Assembly (NCBI RefSeq): GCF_009914755.1
Contig: NC_060938.1
Length of the DNA: 64,000 bases
Strand: one strand, 5' to 3'
From: the human T2T-CHM13v2.0 reference genome, Homo sapiens
The stretch's first letter is position 1, and every line of letters starts with the position of its first letter. The notes beneath the pieces are model-generated. The model saw nothing but the letters and a program-made list of their open reading frames with translations, had not been told where the DNA came from and did not search any database. The translations under genes and the position numbers were made by a program. This document shows positions 27,408-41,128 of this stretch, in pieces.

Positions 27408-29700
27408 TGATATGGTTTGGCTGTATTCCCAACAAAATCTCAACTTGAGTTGTATCTCCCAGAATTCCCATGTGCTGTGGAAGGGACATGTAATTGAACC
27501 ATGGGGGCCGGTCTTTCCCACGCTATTCTCAGGAGATCTGATGGGTTTATCAGGTGTTTTCGCTTTTGCTTGTTCCTCATTTTCTCTTGCTGCCAACACG
27601 TAAGAAGAGCCTTTCACCTACCGCCATGATTTTGAGGCCTCCCCAGCCATGTGGAACTGTAAGTCCAATTAAACCTCTTTTTGTTCCCAGTTTTGGGTAT
27701 GTCTTCATCAGCAGCGTGAAAACAAACTAATATAGTAAACTGGTACCAGTAGAGTCAGGGCATTGCTGAAAAAATACCTGAAAATATGGAAGCGACTGTG
27801 GAACTGTGTAACAGGCAGAGGCTGGAACGGTTTGGGGAGCTCAGAAGAAAACAGGAAAATGTGGGAAAGTTTGGAACTTCCTAGAGACTTGTTGAATGGC
27901 TTTGACGAAAATGCTGATAGTGATATGAACAATAAGGTCCAGGCTGAGGTGGTCTCAGATGGCGATGAGGAACTTGTTAGGAACTGAAGCAAAGGTGACC
28001 CTTGTTATGTGTTAGCAAAGAGACTGGCGGCATTTTGCCGCTGCCCGAGAGATTTGTGGAACTTTGAACTTGAGAGATGATTTAGGTTAACTGGCAGAAG
28101 AAATTTCTAAGCAGAAAAGCATTCAAAAGGTGACTTGGGTGCTGTTAGAAGCATTCCGTTTTAAAAGGGAAACAAAGCATAGAAGTTCAGAAAATTTGAA
28201 GCCTGACAATGCTGTGGAAAAGAAAAAGCCATTTTTTGAGGAGAAATTCAAGCTGGCTGGAGAAATTTGCATAAGTAGCAAGAAGCCTAATGTTAATCTC
28301 CAAGACCATGGGGAAAATGTCTCCAGGCCATATCAGAGACCTTCACTGCAGCCCCTCCCATCAGAAGCCCAGAGACCCAGGAGGAAAAAGTGGTTTCAGG
28401 GGCCAGGCCCAGGGTCCCCATGCTGTGTGCAGCCTAGGGATTTGGTGCCCTGTGTCCCAGCCACTCCAGCTGAAAGGGGCCAACATAGAGCTCAGACTGT
28501 GGCTTCAGAAGGTGGAAGCCCCAAACCTTGGCAGCGTTCCTGTGGTGTTGAGCCTGCAGGTGCACAGAAGTCAAGAATTGAGGTTTGGGAACTTCTACCT
28601 AGATTTCAGAAGATGTATGGAAACGCCTGGATGCCCAAGCAAAAGTCTGCTACTGCAGAGGCAGAGCCCTCATGGAGAACCTCTGCTAGGGCAGTGCAGA
28701 AGAGAAATGTGGGGTCGGAGCCCTTACACAGAGTCCCTACTGGGGCAGTGCCCAGTGGAGCTGTGAGAAGAGGGCCACAGTCCTCTAGATCTCAGAATGG
28801 CAGACCCACCAACAGCTTGCACCGTGCTCCTGGAAAAGCCGCACTCAATGCCAGTGAGTGCAGCTGGAAGCAACCCACGAAAGCAGCTGGAAGCAAGACT
28901 GTACCCTGCAAAGCCACGGGGCAGAGTTGCCCAAGACCGTGGGAACCCACCTCTTGCATCAGCATGAACTAGATGTGAGACCTGGAGTCAAAGGAGATCA
29001 CTTTGGAGTTTTAACGTAAGACTGCCCCACTGGATTTCGGACTTATATGGGCCCTGTAACCCCTTTGTTTTGGCCAATTTCTCCCATTTGGAACAGCTTT
29101 ATTTACCCAATAACTGTACCCCCATTGTATCTAGGAAGTAACTAGCTTGCTTTTGATTTTACAGGCTCATAGGCAGAAGGGACTTGCCTTGTCTCAGATG
29201 AGACTCTGGACTGTGGACATTTGTGTTAATGCTGAGATGAGTTAAGACTTTGGGGGACTGCTGGGAAGGTACGATTGGTTTTGAAATATGAGGACATGAG
29301 ATTTGGAGGGCCAGAGACAGAATGATATTGTTTGGCTGTGTCCCCACCAAAATCTCAACTTGAATTGTATCTCCCAGAATTCCCACATGTTGTGGGAGGG
29401 ACACAGCAGGAGGTAACTGAATCATAGGGCCCAGTCTTTCCCATACTATTCTTGTGATAGTGAATAAGTCTCACGAGATCTGATGGGTTTATCAGGGGTT
29501 TCCGCTTTTGCTTCTTCCTCATTTTCTCTTGCCACTGCCAAGTAAGAAGAGCCTTTCACTTCCCACTATGATTCTGAGGCCTCCCCAGCCATGTGGAACT
29601 GTAAGTCCAATTAAACCTTTTTTTGTTTCCAGTTTCGGGTTACATCTTTATCAGCAGTATGTATACGTCTTTATTAGCAGTGTGAAAATGAACTAATACA
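27408..29700 (+). mobile_element. Full-length THE1 (THE1A-like) MaLR element: LTR 27408-27734, internal 27735-29322, LTR 29323-29700
   Basis: Paired LTRs TGATATKGTTTGGCTGT...ACTAATAYA; internal starts GTAAACTGGTACC; MaLR ORF remnants 27763..27987 and 28130..28972. Confidence 0.95.
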
Positions 29701-30085
29701 CCATCTAACAACCTGGAATACTTATTTGCAAAAGATTCCTAGGTCTCATTTTACTACCCTATCGAGCCAGACTCTCTGGAAAATCCAAAAATCTGCATTT
29801 TAACTAGTACCCCAGATAATCCTCACACTAAAGACCAAGCTCCTTAGTATAGCATGTTACCATACACCAACTGCTACTATAACTTGTACTCTATTTTCTC
29901 ACAGTACCAAATTACTTGGAGGTCCCTGAATATAGCATACGTAACCTTAATAGACTATTCCTTACGATCAGCAGTTTTCTCCCACAATTCCCTATACAAG
30001 ACAAATGTCAAAGTCTCAACAGCCTCAAAGAAAAGCCATCACTCACTGCCTCCATGCATAAAAGACATTTCTATTTTGTACTTAC

Positions 30086-30152
30086 CACACAAAGTCTACC
30101 ATTTCTACCAAAGTATGAACATCTTCTGGGCAGCAACTGTCTTATTCAGGAT
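30086..30152 (-). other. GTF2A1: Candidate 67-nt poison cassette exon in intron 2
   Basis: GTTTTGTTTTCCCTTCTTTGAAATTAG| acceptor and GTG|GTAAGT donor; read from exon 2 gives ILNKTVAAQKMFILW-TAG. Confidence 0.7.
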
Positions 30153-30571
30153 CTAATTTCAAAGAAGGGAAAACAAAACTATTGTCTTCTAGAATACTGT
30201 TCCTATATAAGGATGCTACTGACATTTTCGGCTACTGACAATTCGGCAGGAATTGCAACATTCCTGGCTCCTGCCTAATAAATGCGAAAAATCCTCATGA
30301 AATGTTGAACATGGCCCCACACATTTCCAACAGCTTTGGGAGAGGCGGGTAATCTATTGAAAATCATTATTTACCAAGTACTATAATACTGGTTCTAGGT
30401 AATGTAAGACATACAAAAAGAGTATCATACAAATACTTTGTATTAAGCTTATAATGCCAATTACCAAAAAGTTCAAATTAATTGAATGTTTACAGTTTCT
30501 CCACAATTCCATTTTCACACAATCTTAATTTTATTTATCAAAATATTAGACATCAACTGTTTAAACAATGA

Positions 30572-30675
30572 GGCCGGGCACGGTGGCTCATGCCTGTAAA
30601 CCCAGCACTTTGGGAGGCTGAGGTGGGCAGATCACGAGGGCAGGAGTTCAACACCAGCCTGACCAACATGATGAA
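30572..30675 (+). mobile_element. Alu left-arm fragment
   Basis: GGCCGGGCACGGTGGCTCA...ACCAACATG. Confidence 0.9.
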
Positions 30676-30694
30676 AATAAAATAAACAAAATAA

Positions 30695-31057
<363 letters not shown>

Positions 31058-31753
31058 TAACATAGTATTGAAAACAATCAGGAATACTAATCTTTGCCAG
31101 GTATCTGAAATTACATGGAGAAAATTCATCTTCTGTTCCCAAAATGATTCAGGTATACATTTGTATATTGTGTTGACTAATAACTAAAACTTACTAAATT
31201 CTGTGTACTTTATAAATACATGTACAAACTAGTTTTTTCACAAAAATCCTATAAGATAGACATTATTATCTCCCTTTTACAGAAAAAGAATCTGACGAGA
31301 AAGAAGTTAGGTAGCTTATTCAAGATCACTCTAATGGCAGACAGAATAGGGATATAACCCAGGTGGTCTGACTTCAATGTCCCAGTCAGGGCTAGAGAGT
31401 GAATGTCTCTGCATTCTGTACCCCAGGACCCTCACTTGCCTCCCTTTAATCCCAGTACTAGTCCAAATTCCTAGTCTCTAAACTAGACTGCTGCTATCAG
31501 AGCAGGTCACCGACCATCAAAACCATCTCAGGTGCCATTCACCAACAACCCAAGATCTAGTCAAAACTCTGTTACCTTCCTGCTTACTGCTAAGTACTGT
31601 ATATGTCACATAGAGGCAAAAGGGCTAGGTTCATGGCTCTACCATTTATTAGCTAAACGACCTTGTCAAAGCACATTCCAAGTCTACTTTCTCACCTATA
31701 AAATGTGATGAGACCTACTGCTCCCCAAGTTAATCCCCTTATCACTCCCCTAC

Positions 31754-31837
31754 TGTTAATCCCCAAGACCATGGAGAAAATGTCTCCAGGCCACATCAGA
31801 GACCTTCACTGCAGCCCGTCACATCACAAGCCCAGAG
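31754..31837 (+). mobile_element. Orphan 84-bp THE1-internal fragment
   Basis: 78/84 identical to 28291-28374 by hand alignment. Confidence 0.9.
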
Positions 31838-32054
31838 GTTAGGTGGCTAAACCTGGCAACATGGTGGGCTAGAAATTCTGAAGGATTCTCCTACTTTCAC
31901 AAAACATCTAGCTCCTGGATAAAATATATTACACTTCTGGGTTCCCAAGAAATAATGCTGTAGAAACAGAGCTTTCCCTAAGAATAAATGAAATGAAATA
32001 GTAGATTATTATTCAACTTATGGTCCAAATATTTACACATAATTAGAGTGTATC

Positions 32055-32086
<32 letters not shown>

Positions 32087-32103
32087 ACTAGAGTATATTT
32101 AGA

Positions 32104-32310
32104 ATAGTGGTTCTCAGCCAGAGGTGATTTTGGCCCCCGGCGACATCTGGCAATGTCTAGAGACATTTTTGGTTACAACTGAAGAGTGCTACTGGCATCT
32201 AGTGGGCAGAGGCCAGTTGTGCTGCTAACATTCTACAATCAATAGGACAGCCCCTGCAACAAAGAATTAACCAGTGCAAAATGTCAATAATGCCAGTGTT
32301 GAGAAATCTG
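32104..32310. mobile_element. MER20 DNA transposon fossil
   Basis: agtggttctca...tggcaatgtctagagacattttt...gttgagaaa. Confidence 0.8.
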
Positions 32311-32902
32311 AACCAGAGGCAGATAAACTGAATTTCAGATATACTTCCAATTGAGGCAACTCTTCTCATTTGTTTTATTAAAAAGAGAGAAAATGTTTTA
32401 TATCTCCCACAGTACTTGACATTTGGACATAGGTAGGTTGGAAAATCTAGAAATCAGGTTGATTTTATCATTCACTTTGAAGAGAATTTCTACAGTGTCA
32501 TTCCCACCCACAGACACTCACCAATCCAAAACACATTTACATTCGAATATAGATTTACTGAAAACCAGGGCTGTATTTTATTGTGTTTTTTCTACCTCTC
32601 ACAGTTTACACATTAAAGTAGGCCTGCAGTGTTTCAAAAGATAACCTCAAAGATTGGGTTGAAATATTCTTATCATCTCCCTTTCTGCTTACCTCATTAA
32701 CCCTCAAATTACATGCATTCTCATCATTCATCTTTGTTCTCAATCTAATTCACCACTGCCTCCTTTACAGCCTTATACAAGCTTTTGATAAGTTTGTAAA
32801 ATGGCCCCAGAAAGTAGGGAGAGGGGCTAGAGCTAATGACAGGCTTTCTAAACCATAAAATATGAAATTAAAGTTCGTTTTATTAAGCAAGAATGTCTAA
32901 AC

Positions 32903-33095
32903 CTGAGCAGTCCAATATGGCAGCAACTAGCCATATGTAGTGATTTAAGTTTAGATTAATAAAAATTCAGTTCCTCAGTTCCACCAACCACATTTTGAGT
33001 GCTTAATAAGCACATGTGGCTAGTGGCTACCATACTGAAGAGCACAGGTACAGAACACTTTCATCACTGCAGAAAGTTCTATTGGACAATGCTGG
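32903..33095. mobile_element. MER3/MER33-type MITE
   Basis: gtccaata...cacatgtggctagtggctac...gaaagttctattggaca. Confidence 0.75.
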
Positions 33096-34009
33096 CTGTC
33101 CAGCTGTTAAATCTAGGGCATATTCTAGAAATTCTAATGAGATCCTGAAGAAATTCAGTGCAGAGAATTAAAATAACAAACTCATTTTAGTCTAACCGTT
33201 TTATTTTTAACTCCAATACAACCCAGATAGAAGAGTATGGCCCATTTAAAAACAACAAGAATATTACACTATTTTGTTCAGTTAGATTCAGGTGCCGTAT
33301 CTATTATCAAACACTTCAATCAAATACTTACTGAATGCCAACCACATATGCCCAGACATCGTGGTAGAAGCTGGGGATTCAAAATTGAGTAGGTCACATT
33401 TTTTGTCATTTAAAAACTAACCATTAAACTAAAAATCAGTGTGTTACCTATAAAATATGTACTAAAAAAGTCATATATAACAAAAATGGAGGTGGAAACA
33501 TTTGGTCTCAAAGATAGCTCATTCTCTTCGAGAGAATGTCTTGATTCTACTATTAACGATAGGGAAAATTCTCCAGATTTTCATTGTGAAAAGCGAGAGT
33601 AGATAACAATCTAGACTGACCACTAGTTTGACCTAGAGAAAATTACCTAACATCTTTAGAACTGATTTTCTACACCTAAAAATGCTGCATCTTCTATACA
33701 AGGTCACAAAACTACAAGGACAACCATTATAAAAGTATAACATAAATTGCAAAAAACTCATTCCACGTTACACTAAGGAATCAAAAGAAGCTTGTTTTCT
33801 TATTATTCACATCCCTCAGTTACTTCATGCTACTTGAACAATTTATATTGTTCTTCTTCCAACTCATGTCTCGGAATTAGCACTCTTACACTTGTATTTT
33901 TAGATACCTACTCTTCACTATTAGTAACCTGTAATTTTTCTCAAGGTAAATAAATATTTGCTCATCTGTTTCACACCTATATATTTTTCCTACCTCACAC
34001 AGGAAATAT

Positions 34010-34302
<293 letters not shown>

Positions 34303-34487
34303 TAATAAATACGCCAAGACCTACCTCATCACCGCAATCAAGGTAAGATTTGCAACTGGTTGCCAAGTTGCAGCCTCGACACCTATGCTGAATGGATGAG
34401 ACCACAACAAATGTTCCTTAACATTTATTAACTGTGATTATTTATTTGTACATAGATTTAAAGGAGCCTAATAATCAACTTCTAAAC

Positions 34488-35653
<1,166 letters not shown>

Positions 35654-35926
35654 TTCTAATCAACAGGGCAAAAATATTCCACAATTTCATGAGTCATTAC
35701 AATGCAAGGAAAACACAACTGCTAATAAAAAAAATCTAAATATTTCCACTTGAATCCAAGATACAGAAAACCAGCTCTCAATGTAAAATATATTCAAAAC
35801 ATTCGGCCTACATAAAGGGTCTACTTCAAGAACCTAAAATTCTTTTATCAAGCACTTAATCCCTACAACTTAAAACACACTTTAGAATACAGGTACATTA
35901 AGACCATTAAAAAAAGATAAGATTAA

Positions 35927-36215
35927 GGCTGGGCGCTGTGGCTCACACCCATAATCCTATCACTTTGGGAGGCCGAGGCGGGAGGATCACTTGCAGCCAG
36001 GAGTTCGAAAGCAGCCTTGACAACATGGTGAAAACCATCTCTACCAAAAATACAAAAATTAGCCAGGCATGCTGGCATGTGCCTGTAGTCCCAGGGGTGG
36101 GAGGATGGTTTGAGTCTGGGAGGCAGAGGTTGCAGTAAGTCCAGATTGTGCCACTGCACTCCAGCCTGGGCGACAGAGCCCGACCCTGTCTCAAAAATAA
36201 AAAACGAAAAAAGAA
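35927..36215 (+). mobile_element. Alu (AluJ-like)
   Basis: Diverged dimer. Confidence 0.9.
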
Positions 36216-36585
36216 AGCAATAAAATTCTTCCAGACATGTCAAGTAATTAGACCATAAAATGTAGAATGTTAACTATCCAATAATAACTGCTAATGCTAC
36301 TATCAAGCATTGTGCTAAGATTTTATATGGTTATTCCATTTAATCCTCAAAACAAACCTATAAGGTAAGTACTACCAATTTCCATCTTACGTATAAGAAA
36401 ACTGAAATATAAATGTAGCTTGCCTAAGGTCAGAGGAAGAATGCATGGCAGAGTTGGGATTTAAAACCAGCACACTTCACTCAACTATACGTTCATCCTA
36501 TAGAAAAATTACAGATTCATCTCCGGCTAAAGAAAATGTTTTGTGGGGGAAAAGTAGGAATATTTTAAAAAAAAGACAAACTCAC

Positions 36586-36687
36586 AGTTTTTAGTTCCAT
36601 CAGTACTTGTTCATCCACTCCATCATCCAGAAAGATGTCTCTCACATCATTAATGACATCTTCAATCACAGATCTGTATAATTTAGG
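36586..36687 (-). CDS. GTF2A1: GTF2A1 exon 2 (PKLYRSVIEDVINDVRDIFLDDGVDEQVLMELKT)
   Basis: 102 nt; acceptor TTTAAAG|CCT, donor ACT|GTGAGT; conserved TFIIA helical region; contains Met40. Confidence 0.98.
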
Positions 36688-37740
36688 CTTTAAAGGAAAA
36701 ATAAAAGACTTGAAAAAGACAGTTTTTCACAGCTTATAATGTATAACAGGTTTTCACAAATTCAAAACGAATAGTCATTTTGCCAACTATCTATATATGA
36801 CTTTAAAGATACGACCACCATCATTTGCCATAAACTGGATTTGATGACTGCACACTTTAATAAAAATTTTAAGATTAATGCAGTTCATAAACAGAAGGCC
36901 CCTAAGACTACAAGGTCCATACAATTTCCAATTATAATTTCCTATGTTGTAGTCAAAATACCTAATGTAATGTTCAATAATAGCTTTACGGGTTGCTTAT
37001 GTCTGGCTTCTACTATTCCATGCTTGGTTTGAACTCTGTTGTATGTCTTACTACCTCACCACTGTATCTTAGACTTTGGAGAATCTTATGTCCGGGAGTC
37101 ATCTGCCTGGTAATAATCTGCAACCTAATGAACATTCAGGTTTAAAAATCACCTAACTTCTGTTGTGTGACCCAGTCTGTACTTTCAAGCTGTACCATTA
37201 AACTACTCATACACTCACAATGGCAGGTCTTAAGGTCCCAAGGAACAAGGTATACTGATTTCCTTCCCAGGATTTCTCCTCTACTACTGCCCAGGTAATG
37301 CTATGAAACATTATAATGAACATGAACCCTCTAAATGTTTACTATTATTATTACAATTAGCACCGTTGATACTACTTGGAGGAGCGGGAAGTAAAGAAGC
37401 TGGCTTCTAGAAGGTTGAATGGTAAAATGAGTAAAATGAGAATAGATGTGAAAGAACTTTCAAAAAGTATAAAATATTTTTTAAAAACTACAAAGTGGGA
37501 GATAGAACAATTAGCCCAATCCACATCCTATTTTTTCCCCCACATCCTATTTTTAACCTGTTAGACAAAAGGAAGTCATGTCAGATGACAAAACTAGAGC
37601 TGCCTTGACAAAACTAGAGTTGCCTGGTTATAAATCCTCCCCATTATCAGAGGGTTATGGTTAACAAGCTTTTTAGATGTTTTCTCATTACTTCTGTTTC
37701 ATACCTTGCTTAAGGTTAATCGCTATCAAATAAAACCAAT

Positions 37741-38021
<281 letters not shown>

Positions 38022-39642
38022 CTATTTAATCCTTCTCATTACAAGAAAACCAATTCAAATATCTGGGTTCTTGCTTTACTGTTCACTCACTAACCTGCTT
38101 TATTTTGCCAAATCCGCCTCTTGAAGTTTATTCATCTGTAAAATGCACATTTCTATAGTCCCTACTTTAACATTCTAATTCTATATATAAGGAAAGTATA
38201 TCTGACTATGGACATCATCTTGCCTAAAGTGACTTAACTGAATTACAAAAGTATCTCTATAAAGTGCTTTTTTTTTTTTTAACCAATAATTACTCCTCGA
38301 GGCGTTAGGAGGGCAATGTATTTTAAATTGGGAGTATAAATCTCAAATTGACAATATGTATGCTTTTCAGTAAACTAGATGGTGTTTTGGCGTTTCTGAA
38401 GTCAGTTACCTCTAAAAACCTTTTGCTTGGAGATCCAGACATGTGTAGGTATAAATCTGCTTTCTTCTAGTACTCTCAACTTAATAAATCATTAAGATTT
38501 TATTTTTGTGCCTTAATGAACTCACAACTTGACCACTTAACAGCTTCATAAGCCCTATAGGTGAAGGAAGGGAAATGTGTATTCTTCACAAAATATATGC
38601 CTAACGAGTAATTTAGCAGAATTGTTCACAATTTGAAAAGCCTTCAAGATACTAATTTTTGAAAAGTATGTGGGCACATAGGAGTATTTGAAATAAGCAA
38701 TTTCTAAATTATTGCTTAAAATTCTACACTAATACTTGAGGCAAAGTTTCTTTCACGAAATACAATTTAAGTTTGTCCTAATTTTTAAAAAACAGGTTAT
38801 TTCAAACTTAAGAACTGGTAAATCAGAGGGCCACTAGTGGCATTATTAAGTCATTTGTTAGGTTTCCTTCAAAAATGTTAATTCCCTGATGCAATGCTGG
38901 AAAATAAATTGGAATAATTTTTATACCGGATACCCATGTTAATATCCAAGGCAATAAAGTTCTACTTAGATTTTTTTTTAATCTAGTTTGCAGTCTGTCT
39001 CTTCCCTCTACTCACGATTCTCCTACACATAAATGGTCCTATACTGAAGCTTTAGGTACTTATCTATTTCTCTGAAAAGCCTCGTGTCTTTTATATTTAC
39101 TATAGGAAAACATAATGAAATATTAGGAGCTATATTTCTAACATTATTTCCTGAATACTTGAACAAAACACTACCAAAACCAAGTCCTCTGCAGCTAACA
39201 TTTTCCATGTAGAAAGCAGTTTTTTAAATTCCCGAAAATAATGCACATAAGAAAAATGGCTAGACCATCTGATCTAAAACTCTTTGTTTTAAATAATTAA
39301 TTTTGAAAATTATAAACAAAAAGGGACAGCGATTCGGATATATTCCCCCTAGCAAACAAAGAAGGCAAATCCTAGCTGCTGCTGGGAACAAAACCAAAAC
39401 TTGGGGCTCTGAAAGCAGCCCGCGACGGGTGCGAAATCACAGGGTGAAAAAAGGACCTAGAAATAAACTGAGCTCTGCACACGCCTGGCTCTTGCCTCGG
39501 GAGCACGCACCTCCCAGCCCCGCTCTCAGCAGCTCTCACTATTTAAAGCCGGATCTGGTGTTTAAATGGAGAGGCGGTGACGTAGGCCTGAAAAGCACCT
39601 TCCCATCCTGGCAGAGTCTATATTAGAGAGCGGCAATGGCTC

Positions 39643-39707
39643 TATATAAACAGGGCAGCCAAAGGGAGGAGGACCACAAGGCTCAGGGACTGAAAAGCAG
39701 GGTAAGC
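39643..39707 (+). promoter_or_regulatory. Candidate antisense core promoter in intron 1 (TATA, Inr, 5' splice site)
   Basis: TATATAAA 39643-39650; CA at 39675-39676; AGG|GTAAGC at 39702. Confidence 0.45.
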
Positions 39708-40662
39708 GGCCGCAGCCATGATGGTTAGACCCGAGTCGCCAACGGTACGGTGTCGGGCGGCCGCGGGCTGGTCTGCGGCATTTGGGACCGGGCAAAAAAC
39801 GTGTTTTATTGTCATCATAAAAATAAGAGTTGGGTGGACTAGTGATCACACTGCGTTGGTGACTGAAAAGGTTATTTATGTGACTGCTTTTTGCAAACCT
39901 ACGTGATCGCAAGTAACAAAAAGGGACCAACGGGAAGAAGTAGGTAAATTTCAAGGCGAAAGCGGGGACACTTGGACCACTGCAGGCTTTTTTTGTTTGT
40001 TTTGGTGCTTCTGCTAGGCGAAGATACGATGGGGGTCTTCCCCTTCGCCATTTTACCCATTCGGAAGGAACTGAGATAAGTGCTTTTCAACCAACCTTCG
40101 TCCTTTTTTTAAACATAAAATGGCCTCAGAGAAGGTTCCCAAAGCACAACCGCCAAAAACAACCTAAGAAACCCCCAAAGTAACCATTAATCTTCCACTG
40201 CATTAAAGTGGATCACGATGGGTCTCGGGGGTTCGCCCGATTCCCCACACACAGTTTTTGTTCTGCAGCCACTCGGGGAGCCCTCGTCAAGCCAGCGCGG
40301 ACGGGCCCCTCGGGGGGAAGCGGCGGCTCCCCTCCCGCCCTCCCTCCCGGCGGCCGGGTTCTGGGGCCGGGGCTGCGCGCCCGACCGGGCCCAACCGCCT
40401 CCGCGGCCCGGCCCGGCCCGCGGCGGCCCCAGGCCCCGCCGGCGCCCCCGCCCTCCCCGCGCCGCGAGCCCTCGGCGCCCCCCCGCGCCCGCCGCCCGGC
40501 GCTCCGGCCCGATCCGCCCGAGGCGGGAAGCGGCGGCGGCGGCGGCCGCGCGGGCGGCTGAAGAGTCGAGGCCGGGAGTCGCCGCCGTCCCCGCCCCCGC
40601 CCGGTCCGGCCGTTGCTGCAGCCTGAACGAAGCCCCCGCCGGCCACCGAACCACGTCCTTAC

Positions 40663-40692
40663 CACGGTGTTTGTATTTGCCGAGTTCGCCAT
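40663..40692 (-). CDS. GTF2A1: TFIIA alpha/beta precursor, coding exon 1 (MANSANTNTV)
   Basis: ATG at 40692 (GAAATGG context); 30 nt then donor GTG|GTAAGG; peptide is the recognised TFIIA-alpha N-terminus. Confidence 0.98.
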
Positions 40693-41071
40693 TTCCACAC
40701 ACAACACAAACAAGAGGGGGCAACCCCAAGAAAACAAGATAAAAACAAAACCAAAAAAAAAAAAACTATTAACACCCGGAGGGTGACCCAAATCACCGCA
40801 AGATTGGGGAAAAAATTTTAAACAAAATCAATCCTGAAGGAGTAGGGGAGAGCGGAGAGAGGAGGAGGAGGGGGGCACTCCTCCCGCAGCTGAAAACCTC
40901 GAGAATCGCCTTAAAAAAAAAAAAAAAGCCACGACCCTTCAGGGGTCCGGGGGGCGTTGCCCGCTCCCCACCCCGCGCCAAGGAGGGAAACCACCACCGG
41001 TCACCGCTCCCTGCGCCGCCGCTGCCGCCACCGGCTGCAGCTCCAGCCGTCCGGTCCGCCCGCTTCTCTCC

Positions 41072-41079
41072 TTTATATA
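41072..41079 (-). promoter_or_regulatory. Consensus TATA box (TATATAAA), sense to GTF2A1
   Basis: GGCTCGC-TATATAAA-GGAG isolated in GC-rich sequence. Confidence 0.6.
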
Positions 41080-41107
41080 GCGAGCCAACAAGCTGCGCGA
41101 GCCACCA

Positions 41108-41128
41108 CCGCCGCCGCCGCCGCCGCCG
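41108..41128 (-). repeat. (CGG)7 trinucleotide repeat at the 5' end of exon 1
   Basis: (CCG)7 on plus strand, adjoining (CCA)2. Confidence 0.95.

Noticed and set aside
37588-37627. 20-bp tandem duplication GACAAAACTAGAGYTGCCT
   Set aside because: Ordinary small slippage duplication with no sign of function
40693-40791. Hydrophobic non-AUG N-terminal extension of TFIIA (signal-peptide-like)
   Set aside because: Hydrophobicity comes from U-rich UTR sequence, the frame depends on a homopolymer length, and the TTG start is unsupported
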